Below are positions 57,364 through 64,000 of a DNA stretch of 64,000 nt, piece after piece. The notes beneath the pieces are model-generated. The model was not told the origin of the DNA. It searched no databases and saw only the letters and a program-made list of their open reading frames with translations. The translations under genes were made by a program, and so were the position numbers. Within the stretch, counting starts at the first letter, position 1. The number at the start of each line of letters is the position of its first letter. The DNA comes from an uncultured Gemmatimonadaceae bacterium (GTDB taxonomy: Bacteria; Gemmatimonadota; Gemmatimonadetes; Gemmatimonadales; Gemmatimonadaceae), in NCBI GenBank assembly GCA_963716745.1, contig OY970320.1, positions 384,001 to 448,000 of the forward strand, in the 5' to 3' direction.

Positions 57364-58908
57364 TCACTCCCACTCGATCGTCGCTGGCGGCTTCGAACTT
57401 ACGTCGTAGACGACGCGATTCACTCCCTTCACTTCATTCATTATCCGATTCGCGATCGCCCCGAGTATTTCATGCGGGAAGTGATACCAGTCCGCCGTCA
57501 TCCCATCCTGACTCGTCACCGCCCGCAACGCGCAAACATTCTCGTACGTGCGGAAATCCCCCATGACACCGACGCTCTTCACCGGGAGAAGAACCGCGAA
57601 CGCCTGCCATATCTCGTCGTATAGTCCCGCCTCGCGGATCCCTTCGAGATAGATCGCGTCCGCCTTGCGCAGAGTCTCGAGTTTCTCGCGCGTGACATCG
57701 GAGAGAATGCGAATGGCCAGCCCCGGCCCCGGGAACGGATGCCGGCCCACCATCTCCTCCGGCAGCCCGAGCTCGCGTCCCACATTGCGCACTTCGTCCT
57801 TGAACAACTCGCGCAGCGGCTCGATGAGCTTGAATTTCATCCCCGGCTTGAGCCCGCCCACATTGTGGTGCGTCTTGATCGTCACGCTCGGGCCGCCGCT
57901 CGGCGATGCACTCTCGATCACATCGGGATACAGCGTCCCCTGCACGAGGAAGTCCACGCCCTTTCCGACGCCGAGCGCGGCTTCTTCGAACACATCGATG
58001 AACGTGTGGCCGATGCGACGCCGTTTCTCCTCCGGATCTTCGACGCCGGCGAGCGCCTTCAAGAACAACTCGGACGCATCCACGGTGCGCAGATCGATGC
58101 CGAGGTTCGCCTTGAACGTGCGCTCGACCTGCTCGCGCTCGTGCATGCGCAGCAGGCCGTGGTCCACGAAGATGCACGTGAGCTGATCGCCGATCGCGCG
58201 GTGCACCAGCGCCGCGGCCACCGCGGAGTCCACGCCGCCCGACAGCCCGCAGATCACGCGACTCTTCCCGACCATCGCCTTGATCTTCCCGATCTCGTCT
58301 TCGACGAACTTGCCCGGCGTCCAGCTCGGCTCCGCCTTGCAAATGTTGAACAGGAAATTCGAGATGATCTCGCGTCCGCGCGGCGTGTGCGCCACTTCGG
58401 GATGGAATTGCACGCAATGGATGGGCTTGGTCTCGTGCCGGATCCCTGCAATCGCGACGGTCGCGCTCGACGCAGTGACCAGATAACCCTTCGGCGCAGA
58501 ATCCACGTGATCGCCGTGGCTCGCCCAGGCGGTGAGCTTCTCTCCCTTCGCGAATCCGGCGAACACTCCACCCGGGTCCTGCACGGTGATCTCCGCCCGG
58601 CCATACTCGCGACGTCCGGCGCCGATCACGGCGCCGCCTTCCAGATGTGCGATGAGCTGCATGCCGTAGCAGATGCCGAGCACGGGCGCGATGTCCAGCA
58701 CGGCGCGGTCGGCGCTCGGCACGTTGTCGTCGTACACACTCGCCGGGCCGCCGCTGAAGATGATGCCCGTGGGCTTCCAGGCGCGGATCCATTCGGCGCT
58801 GCGCGTAGGCGGGTGGATCTCGGAGTACACGCGCGCCTCACGGACCCGGCGCGCGATGAGTTGCGTGAACTGCGAACCAAAATCGAGGATGAGGATCCGG
58901 CTCGTCAA
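57364..58908 (-). CDS. guaA: GMP synthase (glutamine-hydrolysing)
   Basis: [64 protein letters not shown]. Confidence 0.97.
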   Translation of the reverse strand: MTSRILILDFGSQFTQLIARRVREARVYSEIHPPTRSAEWIRAWKPTGIIFSGGPASVYDDNVPSADRAVLDIAPVLGICYGMQLIAHLEGGAVIGAGRREYGRAEITVQDPGGVFAGFAKGEKLTAWASHGDHVDSAPKGYLVTASSATVAIAGIRHETKPIHCVQFHPEVAHTPRGREIISNFLFNICKAEPSWTPGKFVEDEIGKIKAMVGKSRVICGLSGGVDSAVAAALVHRAIGDQLTCIFVDHGLLRMHEREQVERTFKANLGIDLRTVDASELFLKALAGVEDPEEKRRRIGHTFIDVFEEAALGVGKGVDFLVQGTLYPDVIESASPSGGPSVTIKTHHNVGGLKPGMKFKLIEPLRELFKDEVRNVGRELGLPEEMVGRHPFPGPGLAIRILSDVTREKLETLRKADAIYLEGIREAGLYDEIWQAFAVLLPVKSVGVMGDFRTYENVCALRAVTSQDGMTADWYHFPHEILGAIANRIMNEVKGVNRVVYDVSSKPPATIEWE

Positions 58909-59414
58909 CGCGGCCACTCCTTGGCGGGCAGTGTGATGAATTCCACGCGCCGGGTGTCGAGGTCCAGGATGGCGGCGCTCGGCGTGCCGTGCACCCAGCC
59001 GCATCCTTCGCCCGGATTGATCACGAGCGACTCGCCTTCGCTGCGCATCTGGTGCTGGTGCGTGAAGCCGTGCACGACTATCCCGTGTTCGGTGATCGAG
59101 CGCTCGCTCACTTCACCAATGTCGTGCACCAGCAGGATGCGCGCGCCCGCGACCTCCACACTGTGCGGCGACTCGAACAGTTCGATGCCCATCCCGCGCG
59201 CGGCTTCCATGCGCAGCCCTTCGAGATCGCCGTCGTTGCGGCCGAACACGCCGGCGAGCGTGAGCCCCGCCTCGATGATCGGCTTGAGCGACCAGGGGGC
59301 GCAGTAATCGCCGGCGTGCAGCACCATGGTCGCGCCCGCCGCGCGAAAGCGTTTGGCGAATTCTGCGATCGCCGGTACGCGATCGTGCGTGTCCGCGATC
59401 ACTCCCACGCGCAT
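58905..59414 (-). CDS. YfcE/MJ0936-family metallophosphoesterase
   Basis: ADTHD, HAGD, GRNDG, HGFTH, INPGE. Confidence 0.85.
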   Translation of the reverse strand: MRVGVIADTHDRVPAIAEFAKRFRAAGATMVLHAGDYCAPWSLKPIIEAGLTLAGVFGRNDGDLEGLRMEAARGMGIELFESPHSVEVAGARILLVHDIGEVSERSITEHGIVVHGFTHQHQMRSEGESLVINPGEGCGWVHGTPSAAILDLDTRRVEFITLPAKEWPR

Positions 59415-60694
59415 CAGGGCGTCCTCCAGTCGGGCACGGCCGGCTCGAGGCGAATCAGATCCTCGTAGCGCTCCCGCGCGGTCACGATCGCGAACCGATC
59501 CCCATCGACGAGCACTTCCGCGGCGCGCGGCCGCGCGTTGTAGTTACTCGACATCACGAATCCATACGCGCCGGCGGAGCGGATCGCGACAAGATCGCCC
59601 TCCTCTACCATGTCCATGTCGCGCTCGAGCGCGACGAAGTCGCCGCTCTCGCAGACGGGTCCCACCACATCCACGGTGGCGCGCCCCGGCCGCGGCCGCA
59701 CGGCATCCACCTGATGGAAGGCGTTGTAGTGCGACGGGCGCAGCAGATCGTTCATGCCGGCATCGATGATGACATACTCATGTCCGCCGCTGCTCTTCTT
59801 CACCAGCACGCGCGAGAGCAGCACGCCCGAGTTCCCGACGAGGAACCGCCCCGGCTCCACGAGCAAAGTTAGCCCCGACGCCGCCACGAGCGGCAGCACC
59901 GCGTTCGCGAACGCCTGCACATCCATCGGCATCTCGGTGTCGTACGTAACGGCGAGACCGCCGCCGATGTCGCAATACTTGAGGTCGCGCGCGCCGGCCT
60001 TCTTGAGCGAGGTATGGAGCTCGAGCAACCGGCCGAGGCCTTCGCGGTACGGCTCGAGATCGGATAGCTGCGAGCCAATGTGCATGTCGAGGCCGAGCAG
60101 CGCGATGTTCGGCAGTGTGAGCGCGAGCTTGGCCACCTCGAGCGCGCTCTCGAACGGAATGCCGAATTTGTTGCCGCGCTCGCCGGTGGTGATGTAGCTG
60201 TGCGTGTCGACCTCGACCTCGGGATTCACTCGCAGCGCGATCGGCGCCCGCATCCTGAGGTCGCCCGCGATGCGGCTGAGCAGCCGTAATTCGCTCTCCG
60301 ATTCGACGTTCACCATGAGCACACCGGCTCCCAGTGCCTCGCGCAATTCGGTCTCGGTCTTCCCGACTCCGGAGAAGACAATGTCCGCTCCCGAGTAGCC
60401 CGCACGCTGCGCGCGGAACAACTCGCCGCCCGAGACGATGTCTACGCCGGCGCCCATCTCGCGCAGCAAGCGCAGCACTGCGAGATTCGAATTCGCCTTC
60501 ACGCTGTAGTGCACGCGGTGCGGCACGGGAGCGAAGGCCCGGCGCAGCCGTTCGTACGCGTCGCGGATCGCACCGGCGCTGTATACGTATACTGGCGTGC
60601 CGGCGGCCGTGGCGATCGCGTCGAGAGGCACTCCCTCGCACGCGAGCGCCCCGTCGGTGCGCGCGAAGCCGGGGATCAGTACGCCTTCGCCCAC
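59414..60694 (-). CDS. lysA: diaminopimelate decarboxylase (start uncertain)
   Basis: GTPVYVY, HYSVKANSN, DIVSGGE, FSGVGK, LRVNP, KFG, HIGSQ, IGGG, EPGR, GPVCESGD, GAYG, SNYN. Confidence 0.95.
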   Translation of the reverse strand: MGEGVLIPGFARTDGALACEGVPLDAIATAAGTPVYVYSAGAIRDAYERLRRAFAPVPHRVHYSVKANSNLAVLRLLREMGAGVDIVSGGELFRAQRAGYSGADIVFSGVGKTETELREALGAGVLMVNVESESELRLLSRIAGDLRMRAPIALRVNPEVEVDTHSYITTGERGNKFGIPFESALEVAKLALTLPNIALLGLDMHIGSQLSDLEPYREGLGRLLELHTSLKKAGARDLKYCDIGGGLAVTYDTEMPMDVQAFANAVLPLVAASGLTLLVEPGRFLVGNSGVLLSRVLVKKSSGGHEYVIIDAGMNDLLRPSHYNAFHQVDAVRPRPGRATVDVVGPVCESGDFVALERDMDMVEEGDLVAIRSAGAYGFVMSSNYNARPRAAEVLVDGDRFAIVTARERYEDLIRLEPAVPDWRTP

Positions 60695-62142
60695 ATCGCC
60701 TCGTGCTTCGCGGCCTTCCCGCACTTCAGGCACTCCTTGGGCGCCGCCGGGGTACGGAATTCCTCGTCGGGCAGGCAGCGGATCGTGGCCTTGGTCTCCT
60801 CTTTGATCGCCGTTTCGCACGCGGCGTCGCCGCACCATCCCGCGTACACGAACGCGCCGGGTCCGTCCATCACTTCCTTGAATTTCGCGTACGTGATGCC
60901 GCCGCGAATGGAGTTCGCCTCGCGCCGCGCCCGCGCCTCGCCGAGCATCGCGTCCTGCATCGCGGCGAGCGTGTCGCGCAATTCCTTGCCGAGCGCGGCG
61001 AGCGGTACCGCGCGCTTCTCGCCGCCGTCGCGACGCGCGAGCATCGCCTGCTGCTTCTCCAGATCGCGAGGTCCGAGCTCGAGGCGAATGGGCACGCCGC
61101 GCAGCTCCCATTCGTAGTGCTTGGCGCCGGAGCGCACGGTGTCGCGCGCATCCAGCTGGATGCGGATGCGCGCGTCGCCGAGTTTCCAGTCGCCCAGTTC
61201 GGCGACGATCGCGTGGGCGGCCGCGAGGACCCGCGCCTTGTCCTCGTCGGTGCGCCAGATGGGAATGATCACGGCCTCCGTGGGCGCGAGGCGCGGGGGC
61301 AGACGCAGCCCCTTGTCGTCGCCGTGCGTCATCACGAGCGCGCCGATCATGCGCGTCGAAGCGCCCCAGCTCGTGTTCCACGCGAACTCGGTGCCGCCGG
61401 CCTCGGTCTGGAACTTGAGCTCGAATGCCTTCGCGAAATTCTGCCCCAGGTTGTGCGACGTGCTGGCCTGCAGCGCCTTGTTGTCCTGCATCATCGCCTC
61501 GCACGAATACGTGCGCAGCGCGCCGGCGAATTTCTCCGCGTCGGTCTTGAGCCCGGTGACGACGGGCATGGCCATCCAGCCTTCCTGGAACTCGCGATAG
61601 ACGCCGAGCATCTTGCGCGTCTCGAGCTCGGCTTCGTCGTGCGTCGCGTGCGCGGTGTGCCCTTCCTGCCAGAGGAATTCGAGCGTGCGCAGGAAGAGCC
61701 GCGTGCGCAGTTCCCAGCGCACCACGTTGGCCCATTGGTTGATGAGCAGCGGCAGGTCGCGGTAGCTCTGCACCCACTTGGCGAACATCGCGTAGATGAT
61801 CGTCTCGGACGTGGGGCGGATGACCAGCGGCTCCTCGAGCTCCTTGCCGCCGCCGTGCGTGACCACGGCCGTCTCCGGCGCGAAGCCCTCGACGTGCTCG
61901 GCTTCCTTCGCGAGGAAGCTCTGGGGAATGAGCAGCGGGAAGTACGCGTTGCGATGCCCGGTGGCCTTGAACATGTCGTCGAGCGCGCGCTGCATGCGCT
62001 CCCAGATGCCGTAGCCGTCGGGGCGGATCACCATGCAGCCGCGCACGGGCGAGTAGTCCGCGAGTTCGGCGCGGAGAACGAGTTCGTTGTACCACGCGCT
62101 GAAATCCTCGGCGCGGGTGGTGAGCTTCTTGTCGTCAGCCAT
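60676..62142 (-). CDS. proS: proline--tRNA ligase (archaeal/eukaryotic type)
   Basis: DFSAWY, YFPLLIP, EAEHVEGFAPE, RPTSET, QWANVVRWE, EFLWQEGHT, QASTSHNLGQNF, C-terminal Cys cluster and AKAY. Confidence 0.96.
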   Translation of the reverse strand: MADDKKLTTRAEDFSAWYNELVLRAELADYSPVRGCMVIRPDGYGIWERMQRALDDMFKATGHRNAYFPLLIPQSFLAKEAEHVEGFAPETAVVTHGGGKELEEPLVIRPTSETIIYAMFAKWVQSYRDLPLLINQWANVVRWELRTRLFLRTLEFLWQEGHTAHATHDEAELETRKMLGVYREFQEGWMAMPVVTGLKTDAEKFAGALRTYSCEAMMQDNKALQASTSHNLGQNFAKAFELKFQTEAGGTEFAWNTSWGASTRMIGALVMTHGDDKGLRLPPRLAPTEAVIIPIWRTDEDKARVLAAAHAIVAELGDWKLGDARIRIQLDARDTVRSGAKHYEWELRGVPIRLELGPRDLEKQQAMLARRDGGEKRAVPLAALGKELRDTLAAMQDAMLGEARARREANSIRGGITYAKFKEVMDGPGAFVYAGWCGDAACETAIKEETKATIRCLPDEEFRTPAAPKECLKCGKAAKHEAMWAKAY

Positions 62143-63436
62143 TGATTCCCATCAGCAGAGTTTCGATCCAGCGGTCGAGCGTGACGCGCTCTTCCGTTCC
62201 CGTGCCAAGATCGCGCACCACCGCCGCGCCGTTCGCGCGATCCGCGGCCGAGAGCAGCACGGCGTGCCGGGCGCCCGCCGTGTTCGCGGTCTTGAGTTGC
62301 CGCGCGAGCTTCTGCGGGCCCAGCGAGTACTCCACGCTGCGGCCGCGCGCGCGCAGGCGGCCGGCCACGCGCATCGCATCGGCCGCGTCGAGATCCTCGC
62401 CGAACGCCACCCAGAAATCGAGTGATCGGCGCCGACGGGCGGCATCAGCTTCCGGTCGCGCAGCAACTCACCGAGTACCACATCGCCCATTCCGAACCCG
62501 AGCGCCGGCAGATCCACGCCGCCGAGCGACTCGAGCAGATTGTCATAGCGTCCGCCGCCGCAGATCGCGCGGAGTTCACCTTTGGCATCGAACAGCTCGA
62601 ACACGATACCGGTGTAGTACGCGAGCCCGCGCACGATCGAGAGATCGAGGCGCACCCATGCGCCGACACCCAACGCATCGAGCGCGCCGAGATAACGTTC
62701 GACCACCGCGTATTCGGTCTCCGCGCCGGCCTGCTTCACCTTCGCCGCGAACGCGTTCGCATCGGCCGCCGAATGCAGCGAGATCGAACAGTGCCGCGAT
62801 CAGCGGCGCGGCAACGCCTGCCTTCGCGAGGCGGTCCTCCAGCACGTTCCGTGGATCGCGCGCGAGCTTGTCCAGCGCGGCGTAAGCGGCCGCGAACTGT
62901 GACTCCGCGAATCCACTTCCCTTCAGCAGCGCATTCAGCAGCCGCCGATCCGATACTCTCGCCACTACATCATCTTTCGTCAGCCCCAGCGTCCGCAGGA
63001 TCTCGATCGCCGCCGCGAGCAATTCCGCATCGGCGGTCACGTCCGGCTCGCCGATGATGTCCATGTTCAACTGGAAATGCTCGCGCAGCCGCCCGCGCTG
63101 CTGCCGCTCGTAGCGGAACAGCTGCGGGATCGAGAACCATCGCACCGGCTTCCGGAGCGCATTCGCCCGCGCCGCCACCATGCGCGCGAGCGTCGGCGTC
63201 ATCTCGGGTCGCAGCGCCACCTGACGGTCGCCCTTGTCGGTGAAGTTGTACAGCTGCTCCGCGATCTCCGCCCCGCTCTTCTTCGTGAACAGATCGAGCG
63301 GTTCCAGCGGCGGACCGTCGTACTCCACGAACGCGAACCGCCGCGCCACGTCCCGCCACGCCGCGAACAAATGCGCGCGCTCGGCGAACTCAGCGGGGTA
63401 GAAATCTCGAAATCCGGGGAGTGCGCCCTGACCCAT
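62135..63436 (-). CDS. hisS: histidine--tRNA ligase; frameshifts near 62760 and 62425
   Basis: PGFRDFYP, LRPEMTPTLAR, FRYERQQRGRLREHFQLN, VRGLAYYTGIVFE, ICGGGRYD, GFGMG. Confidence 0.95.
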
Positions 63437-63445
63437 TCACGCAAT

Positions 63446-64000
63446 CTACCCGCCGGAGAGAGACCCCGGCAAGCGCGCCATCGCGTCGCCCACGGTGTGG
63501 AAGGAACCGGTCACGAGCGTGGTCCCGGCGCTCTCGCGCGCCAGCGATAGCGCACGGTCGAAATCCCGCTCGGTGGTCGCAGCCCACGCGTTCGCCGCGG
63601 CGAACGCGGAGACCTCCGCCAGGGGCCACGCGCGATCGGCGGGGACGCTCGGCGGCGTCGTGAGCACGAACCGGTCTACGTGCCGGGCGAGGCGCTGCAT
63701 CATCTCCGGCCAGTCCTTGTCGTTCAAGACGGTGAGCAGGCACGCCAGCGGACGAGGCGGCGCGCACCGCGTCGAGCGATTCACACAGCACCGTCGTTCC
63801 CGCCGGGTTGTGCGCGACGTCGAAAATGAAATTCCGCCACCGCTGGAACCGGCCCGGCAGGCGCACGTCCGCCAGCGCTGCGCTCGGCGTCGCCCGCCGC
63901 GGCGCGCCACTCACCGCCGGCCGCCTCGAGCATCGCGATCGCGGTCGCCGCATTCTGCGCCTGATGCCGCCCGACCAGCGGGGTCGTTAGCGTGCGCTTG
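63446..64000 (-). CDS. folC: folylpolyglutamate synthase/dihydrofolate synthase (3' part; frameshifted; runs off window end)
   Basis: LVGRHQAQNAATA, LPGRFQ, IFDVAHNPAG, LNDKD, LVTGSFHTVG. Confidence 0.9.

Noticed and set aside
59414..62095. 893-aa extended LysA
   Set aside because: The upstream part is an alternative frame over proS; LysA similarity starts near 60690

Overview
High-GC (roughly 70% by eye) bacterial chromosomal segment, very probably Gemmatimonadota (inferred from gene content/order and the tmRNA tag ANSNLALAA). It is mostly housekeeping: recQ, a U32/RlhA-like protein, a B12 acyl-CoA mutase/AtuA/carboxyltransferase cluster, phoH-7TM-HD-ybeY-2xCNNM, aspS, rlmN, folK-panBC, an RqcH/NFACT protein, a trp cluster interrupted by lexA and a HEAT/HD-GYP pair, truA-htrA-pur-psd-pssA-ppdK, ssrA, a diguanylate cyclase, larB, dusB, guaA, lysA, proS, hisS and folC. 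Many conserved genes at 0-10 kb, 39-50 kb and 62-64 kb carry single-base frameshifts, most likely read or assembly errors. I saw no integrase, transposase, CRISPR or prophage. Best leads: (1) the mutase has isobutyryl-CoA-mutase-type (Phe/Gln) rather than methylmalonyl-CoA-mutase residues and sits with AtuA, a lone carboxyltransferase and a crotonase; (2) a HEAT-repeat protein and an HD-GYP enzyme inside the trp cluster share a homologous N-terminal module; (3) a doubled TTCGG-N6-TTCGG candidate LexA box; (4) two fold-back elements with tandem-repeat arms; (5) a GlmU-like probable pseudo-enzyme; (6) several sigma70 promoters placed for leaderless transcripts. All calls come from reading motifs by eye; no searches were run.
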